NCBI GenBank assembly: GCA_963667035.1
Contig: OY762964.1
Span: 1,024,001-1,088,000 of the forward strand
Direction: 5' to 3'
DNA length: 64,000 nucleotides
DNA from: Candidatus Cloacimonadales bacterium
Lineage (GTDB): Bacteria > Cloacimonadota > Cloacimonadia > Cloacimonadales > JAFGVF01
A model generated the notes under the pieces. The model did not search any database and was not told the DNA's origin. It saw only the letters and a program-made list of their open reading frames with translations. This document shows, in pieces, positions 1 through 9,952 of the stretch. A program made the position numbers and the translations under genes. Numbering within the stretch: the first letter of the stretch is position 1; every line of letters starts with the position of its first letter.

Positions 1-55
1 TTCCCGGCGATATCAGATTCTAAATTATAATAAGATAAATTACGGGGGGCGAAGT

Positions 56-2638
56 ATGAATAAATTGCTATCTTTATTCGTAATTCTATTAAGTTTCTCA
101 TTATTGACTGCGTTAGAGTTTACAGTCGAAGATTTTGAATTAAATCCGTTAGATATGAAGGGTAATCTTGATAGTGTACAAGATGCTAATGGAGATGATT
201 GTGCTTTAATAAAAGTTGAGACTGATGCCGTATCAGAGATACATTTTGTTCAAGTCGAAGTAGCAAAAAAAGTTAATGAATCTCCGGGTGTTTACTACTT
301 CTACATTTCTTTCAGAGAAAGACAGGTTAAGATTACTGCTGAAAACTATATGCCAATGAATTTTAAGTTTCCGATAGGACTTGAAAGCAGAAAAGTCTAT
401 ACTTTAAAGCTTAAATCATCCGGTGAAGTTTTCAAAGAGGAAGATTTAGTAACTGTCGTTGTATCAGTAAAACCTTTGGATTGTAATATTGCAGTTGACG
501 GCGTTGAAATGAATACTAAGATATTTAAGCTCGTTAAAGGTATTCACAATATAAGTATCAGTAAGGAGGGATATATCTCAAGAACAGAAGATTATGACTT
601 CCAACTTGATGAACAGATTAACTTTGAACTGTTTCCGGGTAGGCATGAAATAGTGGTTGAGAAGATTAACTATAAAACTCAAATAAGAACAATTAATTTT
701 ACTGAGGATCAAACTCTATTCTTCGATCTGGTTAAGAATGTTGCAATTGCTAATATAAACATTCCTGAGTATTGCAAACTCTATATTGATGGAGTTGAAA
801 CGAAGAAGATGTATGGAATTGAGTTATCTCCCGGATCATATAATGTCAGGATAAGTAATCCTGTAGGTGAAGATGTAGCGGATGTTTTGATTGTTAATGA
901 TTTGGCTACTATTGATAGGACTTATGAACCAAAGGTCAAAACCGGAATCATCGATATTGAGGTATATCCTTATAAAAACACTACTGTAACTCTCACTGAT
1001 GCATTAGGTCAAAAGCATTCTAAAGTCGGTGGAGCATACTTCAATGATATCTGTATAGGAAACTACACTATTGAATGTACTAAAGAAGGTTTTGAGGAAT
1101 ATCGACATGCAGACTACCTTTACGAAGGGGAAGTTAAGAAACATCAATTCAATCTTAAGGAGCTAGAGGGAGAGGGAACACTTACCGTTAATGTGAGCCC
1201 GACTCATGCAAAAGTTAAAGTGGTTTCCGATAAGAATGGTAAGACATACTCTGCAAGTAACGGAAAGAGCTTGGAGAAGCTACCGGTTGGAAAATACAAA
1301 ATATATGCTACAGCTAAAGGTTATACAAAGAAGAATACTTCTGTAACGATAAAGAAGAATGAGTCACAAAATACCAGTATTTCGTTAAGAGAAAGAGGTT
1401 TTAGGGTAAGTCTTAATAATACCTTGCGGTCTAGATTTCTATATATCGGAGGTATTGAACACCACGGCAGAGATTTTGAAGATGAATTCTCCCCATCCGA
1501 TATCTTTGATACTGAGAATATAGAAGGTAATACTTTGCTTTTCTGCGATGATATATATGCTAATATGCGTCTAAAATACGGAGTTATAGGAGTAAAAGCA
1601 GATGCAAGTGTGAGTGCAAAGCTTTACAGAAAGGCAAAAACTCACTACCCGATAGAATCCGTTGAAACCTATGAAGATGCAATAATGTATGGTAATAAGT
1701 TTATGCGAGGAGAGCTGTTCTTTGATATGAAAGGATCTTACATAGCAGCTAAGTATGGAAGACTAGCAAGTATTAATCGCTACGCCCTTATTCATAGGTA
1801 CGGAGGTATTGGTTATCAACTTGAGATGAGAGCAAACCCTATCGAATTAAATTTAATGTATACTTCTCCCGCTAAGATTTATGGCTACTCGGATGACATT
1901 GAAGATATAACGGATTTTGAGACGGATGATGAATCATATTTGTCTATTACTTTTCTTAATAATTTCGACAAGAATAAAAGCATCTACTTTGGTGGAATAA
2001 CGGATGATAATAGCTCTCTATATTACTATAATTTTGAGTCAAAGTTAGGGGAGTTAAGAGGTAGATTCGGATACGGAAATGCTAAGAACACAGAGCAAAT
2101 TTATGTGGTAGATTTAGGTTTTCAATACGAAGATGAACACATGGTTGAATTAGGATTCTCCATGGCTAGCTGGGAAAAGGAGAATGAAACCGATCGTGAA
2201 TACAGTATTTTTGCTCAGAATGCTTTAAGAGCTTATTTCGACTGCTATTATTTCCTATCTTTAAAAACGAATCCACTTGAAGATAGCCTTGATAATGCTA
2301 ATGACAACACAGTGATAAGCATTCTGGAAGCGGAAGAGTACATCATAATGATGCCATACTTTAATCTGCACTTTAACTATTATGGTGAGTTTATGCCTTA
2401 TTGGACGTCAACTGCAATGTTCACTGATTCGGGAGTGATTCTTGAAATTGATGTTGGAGCAGAAATTGTTCTCGTTAAAGAGCGTTATAATCGCTTGGTT
2501 TTAGGAATCCAAACAGCATTTTTGCATCAGCATTTAACTGATGGTGATACATTTGAGAATGATGAAAGTGATTGGAGATACTTTACAGAGGAGAATCTGT
2601 TTGGGATAAAAACTGAGATAAGTTGGAGAATCTGGTAA
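56..2638 (+). CDS. Secreted PEGA/Ig-like repeat envelope protein with a possible C-terminal beta-barrel
   Basis: N-terminal signal peptide. Repeated PEGA-like motifs (VKPLDCNIAVDG...GIHNISISKEGY; GSYNVRIS; GKYKIYATAKGY). The C-terminal half has aromatic-rich alternating strands ending in TEISWRIW. Confidence 0.65.
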   Translation: MNKLLSLFVILLSFSLLTALEFTVEDFELNPLDMKGNLDSVQDANGDDCALIKVETDAVSEIHFVQVEVAKKVNESPGVYYFYISFRERQVKITAENYMPMNFKFPIGLESRKVYTLKLKSSGEVFKEEDLVTVVVSVKPLDCNIAVDGVEMNTKIFKLVKGIHNISISKEGYISRTEDYDFQLDEQINFELFPGRHEIVVEKINYKTQIRTINFTEDQTLFFDLVKNVAIANINIPEYCKLYIDGVETKKMYGIELSPGSYNVRISNPVGEDVADVLIVNDLATIDRTYEPKVKTGIIDIEVYPYKNTTVTLTDALGQKHSKVGGAYFNDICIGNYTIECTKEGFEEYRHADYLYEGEVKKHQFNLKELEGEGTLTVNVSPTHAKVKVVSDKNGKTYSASNGKSLEKLPVGKYKIYATAKGYTKKNTSVTIKKNESQNTSISLRERGFRVSLNNTLRSRFLYIGGIEHHGRDFEDEFSPSDIFDTENIEGNTLLFCDDIYANMRLKYGVIGVKADASVSAKLYRKAKTHYPIESVETYEDAIMYGNKFMRGELFFDMKGSYIAAKYGRLASINRYALIHRYGGIGYQLEMRANPIELNLMYTSPAKIYGYSDDIEDITDFETDDESYLSITFLNNFDKNKSIYFGGITDDNSSLYYYNFESKLGELRGRFGYGNAKNTEQIYVVDLGFQYEDEHMVELGFSMASWEKENETDREYSIFAQNALRAYFDCYYFLSLKTNPLEDSLDNANDNTVISILEAEEYIIMMPYFNLHFNYYGEFMPYWTSTAMFTDSGVILEIDVGAEIVLVKERYNRLVLGIQTAFLHQHLTDGDTFENDESDWRYFTEENLFGIKTEISWRIW

Positions 2639-2698
2639 TTAAGTAGTATTTATTTTGTAAAACTAAGTAATAAAATGTTACTAGCCATTAATCTTTTC

Positions 2699-2727
2699 TT
2701 GACTTAGAAAATGAATATATATAGAAT
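2699..2727 (+). promoter_or_regulatory. Putative sigma70-type promoter for the histidine kinase
   Basis: TTGACT-N17-TAGAAT about 30 nt upstream of the ATG at 2760. Confidence 0.45.
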
Positions 2728-2759
2728 TACGAAGAGGTTTGCAACTAAGGAAAAGAAAA

Positions 2760-5700
2760 ATGGAATTAAAACTTTCGATCCTATTAGCTAATGTAGCACT
2801 TTTACTTACTATTGGTTTACTTTACGATAACTTCTCAGGTATCAATAACTTTAATACCTTTAAAAAGAAAGTATTGATAGGTTTAATCATCGGTTTGATT
2901 GGAATATCTTTAATGACTCAACCCTGGACGTATTCGCAAGGAATAAGTGTAGATACAATATCAATACTATTAAGTATTTCAGGGCTATTCTTTGGACTAA
3001 TACCAACAGCTATAGTATCAGTTATCACCATTGCTTTCAGACTATATCTGGGTGGGGTTGGAGCAACTTACGGTAGTTTTCTAATCATTGCATCTGCAGG
3101 AATAGGTGTTCTTGCAAACCATTATTTTAGTCGGAACCAAAATAAAGAGTTTTCTTGGATTTATATTCTAATATTAAGCTATGTGACTCATATAGTAATG
3201 CTTTTTCTTATATTCACTTTACCCGGAACAATCAGAATTCAAGTTCTGGAAAGTGTTCTCTTTGTAACTTTAGTAATCTACCCTATAACAGAGTTTCTTT
3301 TAGGATTAGTTATTCTAAATAAGATGAAAAGAGACCTTAAAGATAGGTTGATAAACGAAAGAGAAAAGATATTTCGTTCTCTTTTTTGGCATGCCCCTAT
3401 TGCTTACCAATCCTTATCCAATGATTTTAAACTATTAACAGTAAATCAAACTTGGTTGGATACTCTTGGTTTTGATAAAGAAGATATAGTCGAAAAAAGC
3501 TTTTGGGATTATGTTCATCCGGATGATGTAAGCCTTGTTAAAAATACCTTTAATCAAATGATATTAAATGATAAACCATTAGAATATCAGTTGAGGTTAA
3601 TAAAAAAAAATGGGTCTTACTGTTTTTCAAATTTCTCCAGCAGGATTGTAAAAGGACTTAATAATGAGTTGGTAAGAACACATTGTACTTTTATTGATGT
3701 AACGAAGCAAGTGATAGCTGATAGAGAAAAATCTACTGCAGAGAATGCCTTTAAAAAGCTATTTGATGAAGCTCCAATTGGTATCTTTCAAACTACATCA
3801 AAAGGTCAAGTTATCTCGGTAAATCCTATGGTTGTAAAGATTCTAGATTGTGAAAATGAAGAAGAATTACTTAGACATTATGTATCCTTATATGAAGACC
3901 TCTATGTGAATTCTTCAGAAAGAGAACGTTTTATTGAGTTGCTGAAGAGAGACGGTAAAGTATATCAGTATGAGTATAGAGGGAAAACCGCTACAGGTAG
4001 AATTCTCTGGTTGGTTATGGATGCAAAAGTGAGTTTTTTAAAGGAAAACGGAGACTTTATTATTGAAGGTTTTGTATCTGACATTACAGCTCGCAAAGAA
4101 GCTGAAAGAGAACTCAAATCCATTGAATGGATGCTTACAGGTAATCCTGATACCATTAGTATGAACATTTTATACAGTGATTTGGTTAAGCTTAATCATG
4201 ATGGCTTGATTCTCAAATCGGTAGGGTATGATATGTTAACGGATATTGTTAGTGACTATCTTAATTTAATGAATACGTCGACTGCCGTTTATGAATTGGA
4301 CGGTTCGTATGCTTTGGGTTTGTTCACTTCGGATTGGTGTAATTTGTTGGGAGATGCTACTTATAAACTTGCGAAAAAGGATTCACTTTCTGAAGCAATC
4401 GATTCAGGTGATTGGCTTTGTCATGAATCATGTTGGACCAATGTCTCAAAGTCATGCATAGAAACAGGACAAGCCGTGGACAGAACATGTGCAGGAGGAC
4501 TCAGATTATATGGGGAACCTATTTATGCCGGAGATAAAATAGTCGGTTCATTAAACTTTGGTTATGGATCTCCTCCTAAAGACGAAAGAATTCTTAAAGA
4601 ACTTGCAGATAGTTACAACATTCCATATGAAGACATTTTGAAAGCTTCAGAGAACTACATGAGTCGACCGCCATTCATTGTGGAGCATGCTAAGAAACAG
4701 CTTCATTCTGCTGCTCGCATCATAGGTGAGATAGTCGAGAGAAGGATCGTGCAGGATGAACTATCGAGAAGTGAGGCGACTCTAAGAGGTCTGTTTGATA
4801 ACATGACTAGTGGAGTTGCAATATACAAAGTTAAGAATGAAGGAAAGAATGCTGAAGATTATTATGTAGAGTATTTCAATAAAAAGAGTCTTGAATTGGA
4901 AGGTAAATCATTACCTGATGTCGTGGGCAAGAATCTTAGGGAGCTTAGACCAAATATCGATGATTTCGGTATTATTCCGATTTTTCATAAAACTTTTGTA
5001 TCTGGTAAACCTATTTTCTATCCAGCGAAAGTCTATGTAGATGAAAATTTCAATAATTGGTATGAGAATAGGGTATTTAAGATTCCTACAGGTCAAATAG
5101 TGGCTATCTATGATGATGTTACAGATAAGACAAGAGCATTGATGGAGCTTAAACATAGCGAAGCATCTTTTAGAAGTATATTCTCGGCAGCCTTGGTTGG
5201 AATAGGTGTAATTGAAAAAAGGGTTTTTAAACAGGTGAATCCTGCTTTATGCAATTTGCTGGGATATACTGAAGATGAGTTGGTTGATAAGAGTACCAGA
5301 ATATTATATTTAAATGATGAAGATTATCATAAAACTGGTGAATATCTCTATAATTACAAGAATGGACAAGAGATTGTAAACTATGAAATGAGTCTAAAGA
5401 AGAGAGATGGTTACGGTATTGAAGTACTAATTAACCTTGCTCCCGTAGAGCCAACCGAACTTGACGGGGAGATTATTTTTACTGCTCTTGATATTACTGA
5501 ACGAAAAGAAGTAGAGAGGGAAATAACCTTACTTAATCAGGAACTTGAACAAAGAGTGAAATCCAGAACAAGAGAGTTATCTCAAGCCAATAAAGAGCTT
5601 GAAGCATTTGCCTATTCGGTTGCGCATGACCTTAGGACTCCTTTGAGAGCAATAAACGGATTTACTCAATTCTTAATTAATGATTACTCCCAGACTCTTG

Positions 5701-6266
5701 ACGATGAAGGTAACAGACTATTGGGTATTATTAAAAATAGCTCTCATCACATGGATTTACTAATCAAGGATTTGTTATCTTTAACCCAAATTGCACGGTT
5801 AGGTTTAAACTATAAGCTTGTAAATCATGTGAAAATCATAGAGACGTTAATGGTAAGTAACTATACGGGGAATGATATATCTAAATATGAGATTAAAATA
5901 GGTAAGCTACCTAAAGCCTATTGCGATGCAGGTTTGTTTAAGCATGTATGGAGTAATTTGTTATCAAATGCAATAAAGTACTCAGCTCCCAAGGAACATC
6001 CAATAATTGAGATAGGATGTACTGAGGAAAAGGATAGATTTGTTTTCCATGTTTCCGATAATGGAGTAGGCTTTGATATGAAGTATGTTGACAAACTGTT
6101 CGGAGTTTTTAAAAGATTACATAGAATAGAAGATTTTGAAGGTACGGGTGTAGGATTAGCCATTGTGAAGAACATTATTTCTAAGCATAATGGTGATGTA
6201 TGGGCTAAAGGAGAAGTAAACGTGGGTGCAACAATTTATTTCTCCATACCTAGAAAGGAGGCGTAA
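2760..6266 (+). CDS. Membrane sensor histidine kinase (5TM-5TMR_LYT input, multiple PAS, PocR-like domain, HisKA/HATPase)
   Basis: N-terminal TM helices; PAS motifs (VHPDD, DITERKE); Cys-rich PocR-like segment (CAGGLRLYGEPIYAGDKIVG); H-box FAYSVAHDLRTPL; N-box NLLSNAIKY; G boxes DNGVGF and GTGVGL. ATG at 2760 preferred over TTG at 2739. Confidence 0.92.
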   Translation: MELKLSILLANVALLLTIGLLYDNFSGINNFNTFKKKVLIGLIIGLIGISLMTQPWTYSQGISVDTISILLSISGLFFGLIPTAIVSVITIAFRLYLGGVGATYGSFLIIASAGIGVLANHYFSRNQNKEFSWIYILILSYVTHIVMLFLIFTLPGTIRIQVLESVLFVTLVIYPITEFLLGLVILNKMKRDLKDRLINEREKIFRSLFWHAPIAYQSLSNDFKLLTVNQTWLDTLGFDKEDIVEKSFWDYVHPDDVSLVKNTFNQMILNDKPLEYQLRLIKKNGSYCFSNFSSRIVKGLNNELVRTHCTFIDVTKQVIADREKSTAENAFKKLFDEAPIGIFQTTSKGQVISVNPMVVKILDCENEEELLRHYVSLYEDLYVNSSERERFIELLKRDGKVYQYEYRGKTATGRILWLVMDAKVSFLKENGDFIIEGFVSDITARKEAERELKSIEWMLTGNPDTISMNILYSDLVKLNHDGLILKSVGYDMLTDIVSDYLNLMNTSTAVYELDGSYALGLFTSDWCNLLGDATYKLAKKDSLSEAIDSGDWLCHESCWTNVSKSCIETGQAVDRTCAGGLRLYGEPIYAGDKIVGSLNFGYGSPPKDERILKELADSYNIPYEDILKASENYMSRPPFIVEHAKKQLHSAARIIGEIVERRIVQDELSRSEATLRGLFDNMTSGVAIYKVKNEGKNAEDYYVEYFNKKSLELEGKSLPDVVGKNLRELRPNIDDFGIIPIFHKTFVSGKPIFYPAKVYVDENFNNWYENRVFKIPTGQIVAIYDDVTDKTRALMELKHSEASFRSIFSAALVGIGVIEKRVFKQVNPALCNLLGYTEDELVDKSTRILYLNDEDYHKTGEYLYNYKNGQEIVNYEMSLKKRDGYGIEVLINLAPVEPTELDGEIIFTALDITERKEVEREITLLNQELEQRVKSRTRELSQANKELEAFAYSVAHDLRTPLRAINGFTQFLINDYSQTLDDEGNRLLGIIKNSSHHMDLLIKDLLSLTQIARLGLNYKLVNHVKIIETLMVSNYTGNDISKYEIKIGKLPKAYCDAGLFKHVWSNLLSNAIKYSAPKEHPIIEIGCTEEKDRFVFHVSDNGVGFDMKYVDKLFGVFKRLHRIEDFEGTGVGLAIVKNIISKHNGDVWAKGEVNVGATIYFSIPRKEA

Positions 6267-6697
6267 TGAAACATGCGATGATGGATATTCTCATTATTGA
6301 GGATAGTCTCTATGATGCTGAACTGATTATAAGAGCATTAAAGAAAGATAATCCGGACATAAATGTTGAGATTCTAACAGATGGGGAAGAGGCAATCGAG
6401 TTTATAGATAATAAAATTATCAAAGATAATTTCATACCAAGGATAATCATTTTGGATTTGAAGCTTCCAAAGCTGAATGGAATTGAGGTTCTTACTCATT
6501 TGAAGAGCAAGCAAGAGACAGAGAGTATTCCTGTCGTTGTTCTATCATCCTCATCTCAGAAATCGGATGTAAAAGCATGTTATGAACTGGGTGCTAACAG
6601 CTACGTCTTAAAACCTATTGATGTGGATGATTTCTTTGATAATCTCTCAACAATCAGTAGTTATTGGCTTCAATTGAATCTTACAATGATACGCTAG
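6266..6697 (+). CDS. Single-domain response regulator (CheY-like receiver)
   Basis: ILIIED, IIILDLKLPKLNG, GANSYVLKP motifs; start overlaps the kinase stop (TAATG). Confidence 0.93.
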   Translation: MKHAMMDILIIEDSLYDAELIIRALKKDNPDINVEILTDGEEAIEFIDNKIIKDNFIPRIIILDLKLPKLNGIEVLTHLKSKQETESIPVVVLSSSSQKSDVKACYELGANSYVLKPIDVDDFFDNLSTISSYWLQLNLTMIR

Positions 6698-6751
6698 TTA
6701 AGGTAGGGATATTCAATAGAAATTGATAATTATCTGTAGCTTTTCTCTAGC

Positions 6752-6820
6752 ATTTCCCTTGGGTTACCCTTGCCTCGCAAGGGAAACCCGAGGGTGAGGC
6801 AAGAGTAACCCAAGGGAAAT
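6752..6820. repeat. Long intergenic inverted repeat (25-bp arms, 1 mismatch) between convergent genes; possible bidirectional terminator
   Basis: ATTTCCCTTGGGTTACCCTTGCCTC ... GAGGCAAGAGTAACCCAAGGGAAAT. Confidence 0.8.
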
Positions 6821-6841
6821 TATTTGAAAATACTATGAAAT

Positions 6842-7483
6842 CTACCGGGCAGTTTTACCTTTCTTAGTAAAACTTATCTTACTCTCAGTACCTTTAACAA
6901 GCCTTTGAATATTTGCTTTATGCTTGTAGATTATGAATCCTACCATAATTCCAAGTAAAATTAAAGTCGGTAAATGATTGAACTCTCCTCTAATATTTCT
7001 GATTAGCTCCAATAGAATAGCAGTTAGAGCTGCAGATATAGAACCTAGAGACACATATCTTGTTAAAGCTACAACAACAATAAAAACTAACAAAGCTATT
7101 GCTATTGCTCCGGTAGTTAAACTTAAGAATACCCCGGCGGTCGTGGCAACACCTTTTCCTCCCTTGAACTTTAAAAAGACAGGAAGGATATGTCCTATGA
7201 TAGCCATTACACCACAACTTACAATCTGTAACTCATAGGTTAAATCAGAACATTCGGAGATAATGGTTTTAGCAATGAGTACTGCCGCAATTCCTTTTAA
7301 CATATCGAGAATCATGACAATTATACCGGGTGTTGTTCCAAGCACTCTCAGTGTATTGGTAGCACCGGCATTACCGCTTCCATGCTCTCTTATATCGATT
7401 CCTCTTAAGACTTTACCGGCAAGATAACTAAAGGGGATACTGCCAAGTATGTATGCAATACTAATACTCAGTAGAAAATTCAT
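6842..7483 (-). CDS. plsY: Glycerol-3-phosphate acyltransferase PlsY
   Basis: GSIPF, GSGNAGATN, FKGGKGVAT, YVSLGS and HKANIQRL motifs. Confidence 0.96.
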   Translation of the reverse strand: MNFLLSISIAYILGSIPFSYLAGKVLRGIDIREHGSGNAGATNTLRVLGTTPGIIVMILDMLKGIAAVLIAKTIISECSDLTYELQIVSCGVMAIIGHILPVFLKFKGGKGVATTAGVFLSLTTGAIAIALLVFIVVVALTRYVSLGSISAALTAILLELIRNIRGEFNHLPTLILLGIMVGFIIYKHKANIQRLVKGTESKISFTKKGKTAR

Positions 7484-8804
7484 CTTCTTTGCGTCCTTTA
7501 AATATCAGTTTTATAGTTGCTCCCGTGAAGCCGAACTCTTTACGTATCTGATTATGAAGGTATCTCTTGTATTCCTCTTTTATCAAAGTTGCATCGTTGC
7601 AGAAGAACACGAATGTCGGAGGGTGTACTCCGGCTTGAGTGATGTAAAAGAACTTGATTCTTTTACCTGTTTTATGAGATGGTTGATGCTTATACACAAC
7701 TCGTTCGAGGAAGTCATTAAGCATTGAGGTTGTCACCCTTTTGTTTGATTCTTCAGTAACGCTTACAACAGTCTCCATAATCTTATGTATTCTTTGGGTT
7801 GTTTTAGCTGATACAAACAATATCGGAGCATAGTCGATAAAAGAAAGCTCATCTCTTATCTTTTTTATGTACTGTCCGGTTGTTGCATTGTCTTTATCGG
7901 GTAAATCCCATTTATTCACCACAACTATCAAGTCCTTGAACTTTCTTCTCACATAGGATGAAATACGTTGTTCCTGATTAGAAATCTCTTCGTCTGCAGA
8001 AATTACAAGTATCACTACATCAGCTCTATCTATGGCATCGATTGTTCTCATTGAACTAAAATATTCAACACCGTATTTAACCTTTGATTTACGTCTTAAT
8101 CCCGCTGTATCTACAAGCACGTACTCTTCACCGTAATATTTGATTACAGAGTCAATTGAGTCACGAGTAGTTCCCGGAATATCGGAGACTATGAGTTGTT
8201 GCTCACCTAAAAGACAGTTTGTGATTGAGCTTTTACCTACATTAGGCTTGCCGACAATCGCAATATGAAGTCTGTCATCAGTTTCAACATAATCATCATC
8301 AATTGTCTCAGGCATTACAGCAAGAAGTTCGTCCAGGAAGTTACCCGTATTTCTGCCGGCATTTGCGGCTATAGGGAAAGCATCTCCGAAACCTAGTTGC
8401 ATGAACTCATATACTTCGAGTTCATCTTTCTCGTTATCAACTTTATTAACAACAAGCATGACCCTGTCTCTAAACGGCATTAACTTCTGAGCTAACATCA
8501 TATCAAGGTCAGTTACACCGGTCTTTGCTTCAACAACAAAGAGTATCCAGTCGGCTTCCTCTATTGCTAGATCCGCCTGATGCTGAATGTGTTTATCCAT
8601 TGGCTCATCTGAGTCGGCAACAATTCCACCCGTATCTATAATTGTGAACTTTTTACCGTTCCAAACGACATCCTCATACTTACGATCTCTTGTTATTCCC
8701 GGTTCAAAGTCAATAATCGCTTTGCGTTTCTTACATAATCTATTGAAAAGTGTCGATTTTCCTACATTGGGTCTACCAACTATTGCTACTATCTGTTTTC
8801 TCAT
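7461..8804 (-). CDS. der: Ribosome biogenesis GTPase Der (EngA)
   Basis: Two G domains (GRPNVGKS/DTGG/NKVD and GKPNVGKS/DTAG/NKWD) plus a KH-like C-terminus. Confidence 0.97.
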   Translation of the reverse strand: MRKQIVAIVGRPNVGKSTLFNRLCKKRKAIIDFEPGITRDRKYEDVVWNGKKFTIIDTGGIVADSDEPMDKHIQHQADLAIEEADWILFVVEAKTGVTDLDMMLAQKLMPFRDRVMLVVNKVDNEKDELEVYEFMQLGFGDAFPIAANAGRNTGNFLDELLAVMPETIDDDYVETDDRLHIAIVGKPNVGKSSITNCLLGEQQLIVSDIPGTTRDSIDSVIKYYGEEYVLVDTAGLRRKSKVKYGVEYFSSMRTIDAIDRADVVILVISADEEISNQEQRISSYVRRKFKDLIVVVNKWDLPDKDNATTGQYIKKIRDELSFIDYAPILFVSAKTTQRIHKIMETVVSVTEESNKRVTTSMLNDFLERVVYKHQPSHKTGKRIKFFYITQAGVHPPTFVFFCNDATLIKEEYKRYLHNQIRKEFGFTGATIKLIFKGRKEDEFSTEY

Positions 8805-8833
8805 TCTATTTTTTCCTATAACTTACTTTTTCT

Positions 8834-8862
8834 CAAAATTTTAGAGGGGTTTAATCTGTCAA
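8834..8862 (-). promoter_or_regulatory. Putative promoter TTGACA-N19-TTTG upstream of der
   Basis: Minus strand reads cTTGACAgattaaacccctctaaaatTTTG; the same layout recurs before several other genes. Confidence 0.5.
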
Positions 8863-9012
8863 GTAGTGCTTATTTCTCTGCATGTTTATCCTTCCGAATA
8901 TTTTCAGTCAAGATATTATGGAGAAAACTCTGTCCTACACAAAATCCATTAGATTCTGAGTTATATAAAGACAGCATTTGTATATGACACTAAGAGCCAT
9001 GCTCTCATTCTT

Positions 9013-9907
9013 AAATAATATTGACACCAAAACCTATAAGCCTTTAGTGTATTCACTTAGAATAGCTGACAGGCTTTCGTTACAGCTTGACACCAAAACC
9101 TATAAGCCTTTAGTCGCAGAATGAAGAAAGAAATAGATAAGATGAGTTACAGCTTGACACCAAAACCTATAAGCCTTTAGTTATGGTTGCTGAAGGAGCT
9201 ACTAATTTTGAGTTACAGCTTGACACCAAAACCTATAAGCCTTTAGTCACTCCGAGTGGCTTCCCTGCTATCAGTGTGTTACAGCTTGACACCAAAACCT
9301 ATAAGCCTTTAGTCCTACGTCCACACTAAAACTTGGGCTACTAGTTACAGCTTGACACCAAAACCTATAAGCCTTTAGTTTGGTAATTGTTCTTGTTTAT
9401 CTTGCTCCTGTTACAGCTTGACACCAAAACCTATAAGCCTTTAGTTCCCGGCTATTCATGGACAAGTGCCGATATGTTACAGCTTGACACCAAAACCTAT
9501 AAGCCTTTAGTCACTCCGAGTGGCTTCCCTGCTATCAGTGTGTTACAGCTTGACACCAAAACCTATAAGCCTTTAGTTGTGCTTTCTGTTTCGAGCAGGA
9601 ATAATTCGTTACAGCTTGACACCAAAACCTATAAGCCTTTAGTTATTGGGATAAAGTAGAAGAGCTTATATCAGTTACAGCTTGACACCAAAACCTATAA
9701 GCCTTTAGTTGATTTCAAAATCAAGATATCCGTATGCCAGTTACAGCTTGACACCAAAACCTATAAGCCTTTAGTCATTCAACAACATCATATCTTGTAC
9801 ATTCGGTTACAGCTTGACACCAAAACCTATAAGCCTTTAGTACCAACAGGGACTAATGATGCTAATTCTTCGTTACAGCTTGACACCAAAACCTATAAGC
9901 CTTTAGT
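9013..9907 (+). CRISPR. Type II-C CRISPR array: 14 repeats (first degenerate), 13 spacers of 30-31 nt
   Basis: The 36-nt repeat GTTACAGCTTGACACCAAAACCTATAAGCCTTTAGT starts at 9079, 9146, 9212, 9278, 9344, 9410, 9476, 9542, 9608, 9674, 9740, 9806 and 9872, with a partial copy at 9021-9048. Orientation is inferred from tracrRNA complementarity. Confidence 0.98.
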
Positions 9908-9914
9908 AGGCTTT

Positions 9915-9945
9915 GCGGAACCCACTGATTAGCAGTGAGTTCCGC
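9915..9945. terminator. Hairpin between the array and the cas2 3' end
   Basis: GCGGAAC-C-CACTG-attag-CAGTG-A-GTTCCGC followed by an AT-rich run. Confidence 0.6.
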
Positions 9946-9952
9946 TATTATT

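Noticed and set aside
9066..9078. Spacer 1 shares 13 nt (reverse complement GAAAGCCTGTCAG) with the ftsZ terminator region at about 49049
   Set aside because: Only 13 of 30 nt match and the rest is unrelated, so chance is likely. I do not count it as self-targeting.
9387..9659. 90-aa ORF with repeated LQLDTKTYKPLV
   Set aside because: It is a translation of the 66-bp CRISPR repeat-spacer period, not a gene.
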